A stretch of 64,000 nt of DNA from Bacteriovoracaceae bacterium (GCA_044377495.1 JBILYY010000001.1:24196-88195), one strand, 5' to 3'; shown: positions 18,945 through 27,390, counted from the stretch's first letter. Program-made: numbers and translations. The notes: generated from the sequence alone by a model not told the origin.

Positions 18945-19673
18945 TTACTTTTGCGCAGCAAACTTGTTACGTATTTTTATCTTTTTACTCTCATGCCAAT
19001 AATTGGTCAACAGGCGAAGGCGTTGCTTTTGTTCAAGATCATTGTTCAAAAACTTAATTCCATAAATAATAGATCGTCCGATAATAGGCTCACGTTTGGA
19101 TCGTATTTCAGCAAAAAGTGTAAAATTCTGGTTTAGGATTTCAAGATTAATCTGAATTGGTTGGCCGACATGAGCGTGATTAAAGAGTTCAAGACAAGCA
19201 GCCCCTCTCCTTAAATCCGATAAACGTCCTTTGTATTGATGTCCATCAATCTCAGCTGAGCACCGTATGTCGGCCCTGAATCTAAAGTCATATTCCCACC
19301 AGTGTACTCTTGGATAATAAAGTGGTGACGAAATGATATAACAGGCGGCAATTAAAAACGTAAGGCAACATAAAAACAATAAACCAATCATATGCTGATC
19401 TAGTACTAAAAAATTCCTTGTTAATGAAACAAGGTAGTAAATAATCAGCACAACTGAAATGTTCCAATAGGAGTAAAAGAGGTGAGATAAAGCGTTGTAA
19501 TAAAAATTATAGGAAGCTAAAAGCAAAATGAACTGAAAAATAAATGAAAAATTTAACACCGACTGAGTGACCAGAGCTTCCGCAACGAAGGCAACTAAAG
19601 CAAAAAGGAATTGTAGAAAAGTTAAAAACTTGACCTTGTCGTATGAGTTTTGAAGATTATATTTGATGAACAT
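18945..19673 (-). CDS. Membrane protein (about 4 TM) with C-terminal PilZ-like domain
   Basis: Hydrophobic N-terminal half; PRVHWWEYDFRFR then SDLRRGA and IYGIKF beta-barrel pattern. Confidence 0.65.
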   Translation of the reverse strand: MFIKYNLQNSYDKVKFLTFLQFLFALVAFVAEALVTQSVLNFSFIFQFILLLASYNFYYNALSHLFYSYWNISVVLIIYYLVSLTRNFLVLDQHMIGLLFLCCLTFLIAACYIISSPLYYPRVHWWEYDFRFRADIRCSAEIDGHQYKGRLSDLRRGAACLELFNHAHVGQPIQINLEILNQNFTLFAEIRSKREPIIGRSIIYGIKFLNNDLEQKQRLRLLTNYWHESKKIKIRNKFAAQK

Positions 19674-19703
19674 GCCTTACTTAACGGCATGTTAGAATCT
19701 TTT

Positions 19704-21020
19704 TCAAGGATTATTATCTTGTAAGTTAGCAGGTATAAAGCCCTGTATGACCTTCAGCTTCTTTCCATCAGGTGTTGATCCTATTTCGCCATCAAATTGT
19801 TTTTTATCTGTTAAATAGCAGACCGTGTTGCTCGTGTAATATTTAGAATCTGGACGCCAGTAATCAAACTGATTTTTCCTAGACCCAATATTCAGCGCGT
19901 GGATTGGTTTATCTAAATAGAAAGAGAGCTTGGAAGCGATTTGGTAGGTATTTGCTAAAATTGGTTTGTCACATTTTTCTTCAATGCTTAAGGCCCAATT
20001 ATCCCAACCATGAAACTCAGTAAGACGTTTGATTTTAATTTCAGTTGGATTTACGGCCAAAAGAAAACGTGCGAGGAAAACAGGAATGATTGAGAACATC
20101 AGAAGAATTTTGACCCATTTTTTGTCCCACGCATCTATTTGTATTGCTAAAATAATAAGTGGTGCCGTTAAAAATATTGTCCAGTTTGCTTCGAATTTCT
20201 TGGAGATTGTCGAAAAGAAAAAAAATAAAACAGTTCCAAGACAAATAAATTTTAACGCCTTCTGAAAATCGGTTTCCGATTTTTTTCTTATGATTTCCCA
20301 CCATAACAATGGACCTACAAAAAGCCCTGCTAAGAAAACTTGAGTTGCAGAATATTCAATTAATCTCTTTATGCTAAAATCAACTTTAGGCCTTTCAAAA
20401 AAATGATAACGAAGCGTTGAGAAATTATGGTCATATTGCCAAATGATATGAGGCAGGAAACACAGCAAAGCTATAAATATAATGACATAGAAGTCTTTTC
20501 TTTTTAGTAGTTTGGGAAGAGCGACGAGTGTAAAGAAAATTACTAATATTCCATGATATTTAGAATAAAGAAGGAGTGCAGTGACTGCGCCCAAACCTAA
20601 AACTGAAAGAGCGTCATATTTTTCTAGATAACGTTTTAACAGCACACAATATAAGGTTGTCATAAATAAGAGCGGCATGTCAGGAAGTGCAAATAAACCT
20701 GAAAAAGAAGCTAGAGGAAAGGCAAAAAATAAAACAAGTGCCAGCCATTGTCGAGGCTTAGGGGCCAGACTCATTAACATGAGTGCTGAAGCCAACTGCA
20801 TAATTATAGAGCCTAATCTTACTGCCACTTCGGAACGTGGAAGAAACGAGAAAGCCTTAATGAAAATACCAACCATAGGTGGGTGGTCGAAAAAGCCCCA
20901 ATCTAATCGTTGAGAATAAAGCCAATAATAAGCTTCATCGTGAGAAAGCTCAAAGCTACTCGCTAACCATAAATGGATAATCATGATTGCGAGAAGTGAT
21001 AAATTTAAGATTTTCGTCAT
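19704..21020 (-). CDS. GT-C fold glycosyltransferase (ArnT/PMT-like, GT39/GT83 type)
   Basis: DEAYYW...LDWGFFDHPPMV, PDMPLLF, LLYSKY motifs; about 11 TM. Confidence 0.88.
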   Translation of the reverse strand: MTKILNLSLLAIMIIHLWLASSFELSHDEAYYWLYSQRLDWGFFDHPPMVGIFIKAFSFLPRSEVAVRLGSIIMQLASALMLMSLAPKPRQWLALVLFFAFPLASFSGLFALPDMPLLFMTTLYCVLLKRYLEKYDALSVLGLGAVTALLLYSKYHGILVIFFTLVALPKLLKRKDFYVIIFIALLCFLPHIIWQYDHNFSTLRYHFFERPKVDFSIKRLIEYSATQVFLAGLFVGPLLWWEIIRKKSETDFQKALKFICLGTVLFFFFSTISKKFEANWTIFLTAPLIILAIQIDAWDKKWVKILLMFSIIPVFLARFLLAVNPTEIKIKRLTEFHGWDNWALSIEEKCDKPILANTYQIASKLSFYLDKPIHALNIGSRKNQFDYWRPDSKYYTSNTVCYLTDKKQFDGEIGSTPDGKKLKVIQGFIPANLQDNNP

Positions 21021-21068
21021 GCAATTTTATGGTATAAAGAATCTATAACATAAGCCAAGGATATTCCG

Positions 21069-21797
21069 TTGATTAGCTTAGATAAAGCTGTCGTTATCAT
21101 ACCGACATACAATGAAATCTCAAATATTGAGAAAATGCTAATTACGCTTCATAATTTGCATCCAAACCTGAACGTTCTCATTATAGATGACGGCTCACCC
21201 GATGGTACCGCACAGGTTGTTAAGTCTTTTCAGTCTAAAAAACAAAACCTTCATATTTTGGAAAGAAAAGGTAAGCTCGGTTTAGGGACTGCCTACATAA
21301 AAGGATTCAAGTGGGCTTTGGAAAATGGGTATGATGCTTTCATAACCATGGATTGCGATTTTTCACACGAGCCAGAAGCTATCCCAACTTTTACGGAAAG
21401 AATTGGTGAATATGACCTAGTTGTTGGGTCACGATATATCGGTGGAATAAGAATCATGAACTGGCCAATGCAGCGACTTCTTCTATCCTATTTTGCTTCA
21501 ATTTACGCACGAACCATAACAGGAATACCCTTTTCAGACTCAACAGGTGGCTTCAATTGTTATAGTCGCAAGGCCCTTACCTCCATTAACCTTGATAAAA
21601 TATTCTCAATTGGATACGCGTTTCAAATAGAGCTGAAGTATAAAATCTGGTCGCTAGGTCTTCCAAGTTTTGAAAATCCAATTACTTTCTTTGAGAGGAC
21701 TGTTGGGAATTCCAAGATGAGTCGAAAAATCATTTTAGAAGCGGTGGTTAATGTTTTCAGATTGCGGATTAAAAAACTATTTGGAACCCTTCACTGA
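21069..21797 (+). CDS. Polyprenol-phosphate glycosyltransferase (DPM1/Ppm1-like GT2)
   Basis: IIPTYNE, IDDGSPDGT, GLGTAY, MDCDFSH, VVGSRY, DSTGGF, GYAFQIE. Confidence 0.9.
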   Translation: MISLDKAVVIIPTYNEISNIEKMLITLHNLHPNLNVLIIDDGSPDGTAQVVKSFQSKKQNLHILERKGKLGLGTAYIKGFKWALENGYDAFITMDCDFSHEPEAIPTFTERIGEYDLVVGSRYIGGIRIMNWPMQRLLLSYFASIYARTITGIPFSDSTGGFNCYSRKALTSINLDKIFSIGYAFQIELKYKIWSLGLPSFENPITFFERTVGNSKMSRKIILEAVVNVFRLRIKKLFGTLH

Positions 21798-22366
21798 TGG
21801 ATAACCTTTCCACGCTTGATCTAGAATTATTTCTAGAGTTAAATTCATGGCATGCTCCATGGCTTAATTCCTTTATGGTTTTTTTCTCAAGTCAGCTCAT
21901 TTGGCTACCGTTGATTGCTATGATTATTTTTATGGCAATAAAACAACTTACCCGACGAGATTTTTTCATATTCGTCCTGTTTTTGTTTTTGGCAATAATA
22001 GCTTCAGACGTAACATCTTCTTATATTTTAAAAAATGTTTTTGAGAGACTGAGACCCTGTAGAGTGCCAGAGATAAAAGACTTTATAAATAATTTTGGAC
22101 AGAAATGTGGAGGACGATTTGGCTTTGTTTCTTCCCATGCAGCCAACTCGCTTTGTATTATTGCGTTTTCTTTTATTTTACTAAAATTCAAATCTAAGAA
22201 ATTTCATTTTCTGTGGATTCTGCCAATCCTTGTAGGCTTTAGCCGCATCTACTTAGGCGTCCATTATCCCGGCGACATTTTAGGAGGATTCATAATTGGA
22301 GCAATGTGGGCTTCAATTTTAGCGGTAATGTTTAAAAGTTACCAATTAAGGAGCAAGACGATTTAG
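21797..22366 (+). CDS. PAP2-family membrane phosphatase
   Basis: KNVFERLRP, GFVSSHAAN, SRIYLGVHYPGD catalytic motifs. Confidence 0.9.
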   Translation: MDNLSTLDLELFLELNSWHAPWLNSFMVFFSSQLIWLPLIAMIIFMAIKQLTRRDFFIFVLFLFLAIIASDVTSSYILKNVFERLRPCRVPEIKDFINNFGQKCGGRFGFVSSHAANSLCIIAFSFILLKFKSKKFHFLWILPILVGFSRIYLGVHYPGDILGGFIIGAMWASILAVMFKSYQLRSKTI

Positions 22367-23011
22367 AGTCCAATCACCTTTATGGTTTTCATAAATGATT
22401 CTGTCATGCATCCTATTTTCTCTGCCTTGCCAAAATTCAAAATAACTTGGAGTAATTAAGTACCCCCCCCAATGTAAGGGTCTCTCCAGCTCAGACTGTC
22501 CCGAATATTTTACTTCTGTGTCGTTGAATAATTTCTCTAATTCTTTTCGCGATGAAACTTTTTCACTTTGAGGTGAGGCAATGGCACCGATTTGATTACC
22601 CCTGGGTCTTTTTTGAAAATATTCATCTGAAAAACTAGACTCTATTTTTCTAAGAGAGCCTTCAATTCTTACCTGACGCTGCAAGGGTAACCACAGAAAA
22701 GTCATTGAGACGTGGCAATTATTAATAACCTCTTTTCCCTTTGAGCTATTGTAATTAGTATAAAAAGCAAAACTTCCCTGATGGATACCCTTTAAAAGGA
22801 CTACTCTTGCACGTGGTTTATTATCTTCTACCGTGGACAATACAAAAGCATTGGGTTCATCACATTTACTGTTAACTGCATCTTTAAACCATTTATCAAA
22901 CTGTATTTCAGGGTTAGGGCTACAAATATTGATATCGAAATCAGCATTTCGATAACTTCCCCTAAGATTTTCTAATGTTTCATTAATATTCATTTTGAGA
23001 CAGTATGTCAT
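22346..23011 (-). CDS. pdxH: Pyridoxamine 5'-phosphate oxidase
   Basis: PRARVVLLK, FYTNYNSSKG, RQVRIEG, YFQKRP, WGGY, EFWQGRENRMHDR. Confidence 0.95.
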   Translation of the reverse strand: MTYCLKMNINETLENLRGSYRNADFDINICSPNPEIQFDKWFKDAVNSKCDEPNAFVLSTVEDNKPRARVVLLKGIHQGSFAFYTNYNSSKGKEVINNCHVSMTFLWLPLQRQVRIEGSLRKIESSFSDEYFQKRPRGNQIGAIASPQSEKVSSRKELEKLFNDTEVKYSGQSELERPLHWGGYLITPSYFEFWQGRENRMHDRIIYENHKGDWTLNRLAP

Positions 23012-23694
23012 TCAGATGCTTCTGTCACCTGCTCGCCGGTTAAAATATATTTTTTTAATTTATCAACAATTACAAAGGCTCGATCATTCGGATCAGTAAC
23101 CCCTAGAAAAAATTTATCAATAGCGTTGGCCGAGTCGTCTAAAATGATATCTTTATAATTTTGTAGGTTTTTCAATTCTTCTAAATCCGTAATTTCTTTT
23201 TCCATCTCCTGAATTAGTCGAACGAGAAATGATTGAATGGTTTTGAACATCAATCTTGAAATTACAATATTTGGGATAACATTTTTATTTTTACCTAAAC
23301 GAAGTATTTGTCCGTCACCAATCCCTACATCATAAGCTGAGGAGACCGCAAATTTACTTAAACCTGCCAGAACCTTCATGCAAAAAACAGTTTTCTGTTT
23401 TGGATCAGAAAACTTATCGATTTCGGCCATAAATTCGTCACTAAAAATTTTAAATCCATCACTAACTCTTAGAGGGATTGCCTTTAATAGTAAAACAGAG
23501 CCCTGGATTGAATCTTTAATATTTATAAAAGATTCTTTTAAGGAAAAGTTTTTATATGTACTTTTAATATTTAAATCTAAGATACCTGAAGCAAAATCTT
23601 TTACAATTCTTGTAAAATCTTCTTTAACGATTAATGCAAATATATTCTGACTTTTATTTTTCAATACATGTTTCATTGAATCAGCAAGGTTCAT
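23008..23694 (-). CDS. Hypothetical 228-aa helical protein
   Basis: Long ORF with AAAGGA RBS; stop overlaps pdxH start (ATGA); no motif recognised. Confidence 0.75.
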   Translation of the reverse strand: MNLADSMKHVLKNKSQNIFALIVKEDFTRIVKDFASGILDLNIKSTYKNFSLKESFINIKDSIQGSVLLLKAIPLRVSDGFKIFSDEFMAEIDKFSDPKQKTVFCMKVLAGLSKFAVSSAYDVGIGDGQILRLGKNKNVIPNIVISRLMFKTIQSFLVRLIQEMEKEITDLEELKNLQNYKDIILDDSANAIDKFFLGVTDPNDRAFVIVDKLKKYILTGEQVTEASE

Positions 23695-23776
23695 TATTTT
23701 CCTTTAGATACTCAATATCTTACAGGACGATTTGTGCCAATTACAAGGAACCTGCCCAAAACAAAAGTTTTAATAT

Positions 23777-23881
23777 TTAAATGCCTTCAAGATTTTCTTC
23801 TTTCGCTTTTAATAGAAGACATGCTGATAGAAAAAAGGAAATATTGGGGATAAAATGAATTGCTCCACTTGATCTAATCAT
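23777..23881 (-). CDS. Putative 34-aa small protein, not in ORF track
   Basis: AAGGAATATT-ATG; MIRSSGAIHFIPNISFFLSACLLLKAKEENLEGI*; directly downstream of a sigma-54 promoter. Confidence 0.5.
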   Translation of the reverse strand: MIRSSGAIHFIPNISFFLSACLLLKAKEENLEGI

Positions 23882-23927
23882 AATATTCCTTAAGTTGTTA
23901 TGTTTGCCTTAGCTTTGAGAGTACAAG

Positions 23928-23944
23928 TGCAGAGAAGGTGCCAA
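23928..23944 (-). promoter_or_regulatory. sigma-54 promoter P1
   Basis: TTGGCACCTTCTCTGCA; GG 23942-41, N10, GC 23930-29. Confidence 0.75.
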
Positions 23945-24049
23945 AGTTGGACTATTATATTTCAAGTATTTATTGCCACACGAGGCTTGTATTCGGGTAA
24001 TTATGCCTCTATATTTCGGCAAAAGTACCCTTCAAAGGATTTTAGCCCC

Positions 24050-25453
24050 GTGAAGCCAAAAAATATTCCAACCATAGCCTTGATAGATGATGACCTGGAC
24101 CTTCTCGATCTTCTTGCTAGTTTTTTTAGACAAAGGGGATACAAGGTATTGGCATTTAGTAATGCCGAGGAAGCGCTGATTGAAATTGAAAATAAAAGAA
24201 TTGAGGCAGATGTAGTAATTTCAGATTTAAAACTTCCTGTAATGTCAGGCATGGATTTCATTAAAAGAATAAACAAACAGAACACTCGATTGCCCATTAT
24301 CCTCATGACTGCAGAGGGAAGTGTTGAAACAGCGGTAGAAGCAATTGAATCTGGCGCTTATGACTTTGTGCTTAAACCACTTCATATTCCACAGCTCATT
24401 ATATCAGTTCAACGCGCTCTACATCTGAATGATGTTCAAGCAGAAAATTCAAATCTAAAAGACATGTTTCAAGGCCAAGATTATATGGGTCTTAAAGGTG
24501 TTATTGGAAAAAGCCAAGGGTTTAGAAAAGCAATGGATTTGGCCAAAAGAGTCTCATCTAGTCAGGCAAATATCCTCATAAGTGGTGAAAGTGGTTCAGG
24601 CAAAGAAGTCATTGCTAAGGCAGTTCATGAATTAGGCGACAAAAATGCAGGCCCATTCATTGCTATTAACTGTTCCGCAATTCCCGAGAACCTTCTTGAA
24701 TCTGAATTATTTGGTCATGCGAAGGGAGCATTTACTGGTGCCAATGATAAGAAAATAGGTTTATTTGAAGAGGCGAATAAAGGTACACTTTTTTTAGACG
24801 AAATAGGTGACTTAACACTATCCCTCCAGGCAAAACTTTTAAGAGTTTTACAGGAAAGAAAAGTTAAACGGATCGGAGAGAATCAATACCGAGATATATC
24901 CGCACGCATTATTTGTGCCACCCATAAAGATCTTCGCAAAGAAGTTTTTGAGGGACGTTTCAGAGAAGATCTATATTTTCGACTAAATGTTATTCCTATT
25001 TTTATGCCACCACTTCGCGAAAGAAGAGATGATATTCTTCCCTTAAGTGATTATTTTTTAAAAAAATTCTCCATAATGAATAATATTCAAATCAAGGGAT
25101 TTTCCAGAGAGGCCATTCAGAAATTAGAAGGCCATGTATGGAAGGGGAATGTCAGGGAACTTGAAAATGCAATTGAAAGGGCAGTAGTACTTTCTAATTC
25201 TGATATCCTTCAACCAGATGATTTACCAATTGAGGATATTATAAAAGATGATTTAGTATTAACTAATAATAATATCAAAAAACCAGGTTTGCATTTTGAA
25301 GATGAAAAACCTGTAACTCTTGATCAACTTTCAAAAAAATATATCCAGCATGTTTTTGAAAAAAATGATGGCGCAAAAGAACAAACGGCAAACGATTTGG
25401 GAATTGATCGGAAAACCCTCTACCGAAAATTGAAAGAAATGAACTTGAATTAA
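24050..25453 (+). CDS. NtrC-family sigma-54 activator (REC-AAA+-Fis HTH); GTG 24050 preferred over 23900
   Basis: IDDD, phospho-Asp in VISDL, GESGSGKE, GAFTGA, FLDEIG, GNVRELEN, LGIDRKTLYRKL; AAGGA upstream of GTG. Confidence 0.95.
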   Translation: MKPKNIPTIALIDDDLDLLDLLASFFRQRGYKVLAFSNAEEALIEIENKRIEADVVISDLKLPVMSGMDFIKRINKQNTRLPIILMTAEGSVETAVEAIESGAYDFVLKPLHIPQLIISVQRALHLNDVQAENSNLKDMFQGQDYMGLKGVIGKSQGFRKAMDLAKRVSSSQANILISGESGSGKEVIAKAVHELGDKNAGPFIAINCSAIPENLLESELFGHAKGAFTGANDKKIGLFEEANKGTLFLDEIGDLTLSLQAKLLRVLQERKVKRIGENQYRDISARIICATHKDLRKEVFEGRFREDLYFRLNVIPIFMPPLRERRDDILPLSDYFLKKFSIMNNIQIKGFSREAIQKLEGHVWKGNVRELENAIERAVVLSNSDILQPDDLPIEDIIKDDLVLTNNNIKKPGLHFEDEKPVTLDQLSKKYIQHVFEKNDGAKEQTANDLGIDRKTLYRKLKEMNLN

Positions 25454-25563
25454 TATACACTGTTTTCTAGTGCTCCAAAAAGGACGCCCCTTTAAAACGG
25501 GGTTAATTTTCCCTTTTTTCAGGAAAAGGATTCATAAGGTGTTAATTTTCTTAATATCTTTTT

Positions 25564-25580
25564 TTGGCACCCGTCGTGCT
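25564..25580 (+). promoter_or_regulatory. sigma-54 promoter P2
   Basis: TTGGCACCCGTCGTGCT; GG 25566-67, N10, GC 25578-79. Confidence 0.65.
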
Positions 25581-25606
25581 TATTGAATCAGGTGCGCCAA
25601 CACCGT

Positions 25607-25756
25607 TTGGTCAAAATTGATCAACGCAGATACAGATATTTGAAATTCATCCTCACCTGCATTTGTAGTTTGGCAATCTCTGTATTATTTTCACTCTTCC
25701 TATGTTTTTTCGCTAGAAATGACCACCCTGCTCAAAGCAAGGTGGTCATCTCTTAA
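25607..25756 (+). CDS. Possible 49-aa single-pass membrane protein (TTG start; GTG 25592 also in frame), or an sRNA
   Basis: MVKIDQRRYRYLKFILTCICSLAISVLFSLFLCFFARNDHPAQSKVVIS*; basic N-terminus plus one TM; no ATG and only a weak RBS. Confidence 0.35.
   Translation: MVKIDQRRYRYLKFILTCICSLAISVLFSLFLCFFARNDHPAQSKVVIS
25715..25753. terminator. 18-bp imperfect stem-loop (terminator or processing site)
   Basis: AGAAATGACCACCCTGCT-CAA-AGCAAGGTGGTCATCTCT, two mismatches, no clear U tract. Confidence 0.5.
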
Positions 25757-25768
25757 GGTTATGCTAGA

Positions 25769-26599
25769 TTGCGGATTATGAACTTAATTCCTGAAATCAA
25801 ACCTGGTCAGTCGCTTGAACTTCTCAAAGAGCTTCACATCCTAACAAGGGATGGGAAGATAAATCAGGATAGTCGAAGAAAATTAAAGCAAGTTTATCAT
25901 TTATACCAATTCATAGAGCCACTTTTGAATGAGCTTAAACTTGAGGGAACTGATTTATCCGTGGTGGATCACGGAGCGGGTAAATCTTATCTTGGATTTA
26001 TCATTTATGATTTATTCTTCAAAAAACTCAGTGAGGGGACGATCTACGGTATTGAAACTAGAGACGAACTGGTTAAAAAATCACAAGATCTTGCTAAAAA
26101 GCTTTCATTTCCACGTATGTCTTTTTTAAATCTATCAGTTGAAGACTCCATTTCTTCACCACTTCTTCCAGAAAAAATTGGAATGGTTACCGCCCTCCAT
26201 GCCTGTAACACTGCAACCGATGATGCTATTGATTTTGGTCTTAAAAAGAATGTTAAATACTTTGTTCTTGTTCCTTGCTGCCAGGCAGAAGTCGCTGCCG
26301 AACTGAGGAAGACAAAATCTAAAATGATTGGAAAGAGTTTTTTTACAGAAATGTGGCGACACCCAATTCACACTCGCGAATTTGGGAGCCATATCACAAA
26401 CGTTCTTCGCTGCCTCAAACTAGAAGCTCATGGATACCAAGTAACTGTAACAGAGCTGGTGGGGTGGGAGCACTCTATGAAAAATGAACTCATTGTAGCC
26501 CAGTATAAAGATCTGCCACGTAAACATGCACAAGACAGACTAACGGCTATAATTGAAGAGCTAGGCCTAAACGAATTAACAAGCAGATTTTTGAACTAA
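25769..26599 (+). CDS. Class I SAM-dependent methyltransferase (Methyltrans_32-like)
   Basis: VVDHGAGKSYLGF, ALHACNTATD, LVPCC, ELVGWEHSMKN. Confidence 0.85.
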   Translation: MRIMNLIPEIKPGQSLELLKELHILTRDGKINQDSRRKLKQVYHLYQFIEPLLNELKLEGTDLSVVDHGAGKSYLGFIIYDLFFKKLSEGTIYGIETRDELVKKSQDLAKKLSFPRMSFLNLSVEDSISSPLLPEKIGMVTALHACNTATDDAIDFGLKKNVKYFVLVPCCQAEVAAELRKTKSKMIGKSFFTEMWRHPIHTREFGSHITNVLRCLKLEAHGYQVTVTELVGWEHSMKNELIVAQYKDLPRKHAQDRLTAIIEELGLNELTSRFLN

Positions 26600-26607
26600 T
26601 AAATAAA

Positions 26608-26814
26608 TCACTGTTCATAGTGTCGATACAAAACGACACTGTTTTTATTAATCCGATAATCCGAATCTCTGTCGTAGCAATCCATTTTGCCTTTCACCAT
26701 TTTACATACATGCTCACCAGCCTTAATTCGTTGATCAAATCCAGGCTTCTTAATTATAAGGCCAAGAGTAACGAGAGCACAAAATGTAACAATATAGTGC
26801 ATCTGAACATTCAT
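26608..26814 (-). CDS. Hypothetical small membrane-anchored or secreted protein with C-x8-C motif
   Basis: Hydrophobic N-terminus then VCKMVKGKMDC; 18 nt downstream of the DUF1328 gene on the same strand. Confidence 0.5.
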   Translation of the reverse strand: MNVQMHYIVTFCALVTLGLIIKKPGFDQRIKAGEHVCKMVKGKMDCYDRDSDYRINKNSVVLYRHYEQ

Positions 26815-26832
26815 AGAGTTCCTGAAGTTACT

Positions 26833-27015
26833 TTAATGTTTATTAATCATTTTTCTTCCAGATACCATACTGGCTATAAAGCTAATTACGGCCAAGATTA
26901 AGAAGACAAACAATAGTGTTTTGCCAATATCAAGGGATAGGCCCCCAACACCATTGGCCCCTAATAAAATTGCAATCAATCCTAATACAAAAAATGCAAT
27001 TGCTGCTCTTAACAT
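26833..27015 (-). CDS. DUF1328 (UPF0391/YtjA-like) small membrane protein
   Basis: MLRAAIAFFVLGLIAILLG..G..G....IGKTLLFVFLILAVIS family pattern; AAGGAG RBS. Confidence 0.88.
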   Translation of the reverse strand: MLRAAIAFFVLGLIAILLGANGVGGLSLDIGKTLLFVFLILAVISFIASMVSGRKMINKH

Positions 27016-27059
27016 GATCTTTCTCCTTGTTTAGCAAAGACAAACTTTCAAAATCATAA

Positions 27060-27076
27060 GGCATTTATGGTGCCAC
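27060..27076 (-). promoter_or_regulatory. sigma-54 promoter P3
   Basis: GTGGCACCATAAATGCC; GG 27074-73, N10, GC 27062-61. Confidence 0.72.
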
Positions 27077-27165
27077 ATAAAAAACAACAAAAATTCATAA
27101 CTTAGAATTTAGTTTATGCCAGTAATGGGGCATTCCTCCGCTTTCTTTTCATTTTATGTCTCATC

Positions 27166-27390
27166 TTATTTAGACTTACTCAGACTTTTTCTACTTATTT
27201 TCGTCTCCACGAGACCTCTCAGTAAGTCATAACCACGCGCAAGATCCTTTCCTAATTTTAGAACATCTTTTCGAATAATTTTATACTGACCATTAAGTGC
27301 CACAGAATTGCCATTTCTTTGGCTCGATAGAATTCCGTTTTTCATAATCTTTGTTTTAGCTTTTTTACTGATTAAATTTGTTGCATTCAT
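27166..27390 (-). CDS. Hypothetical 74-aa Lys/Arg-rich protein (ATG 27390 preferred over 27477)
   Basis: AAGGAG RBS before ATG; MNATNLISKKAKTK...IIRKDVLKLGKDLARGYDLLRGLVE... Confidence 0.65.
   Translation of the reverse strand: MNATNLISKKAKTKIMKNGILSSQRNGNSVALNGQYKIIRKDVLKLGKDLARGYDLLRGLVETKISRKSLSKSK

Noticed and set aside
23724-23740. TTGGCACAAATCGTCCT as a sixth sigma-54 promoter upstream of the 228-aa gene
   Set aside because: The -24 element is perfect but the -12 position reads CC, not GC; at best a degenerate or non-productive site.
23900-24049. ORF-track N-terminal extensions of the activator (also 27426-27527 for CsbD and 27391-27477 for the 74-aa protein)
   Set aside because: The extensions run through promoter motifs, lack domain similarity, and better RBS-supported starts lie downstream.
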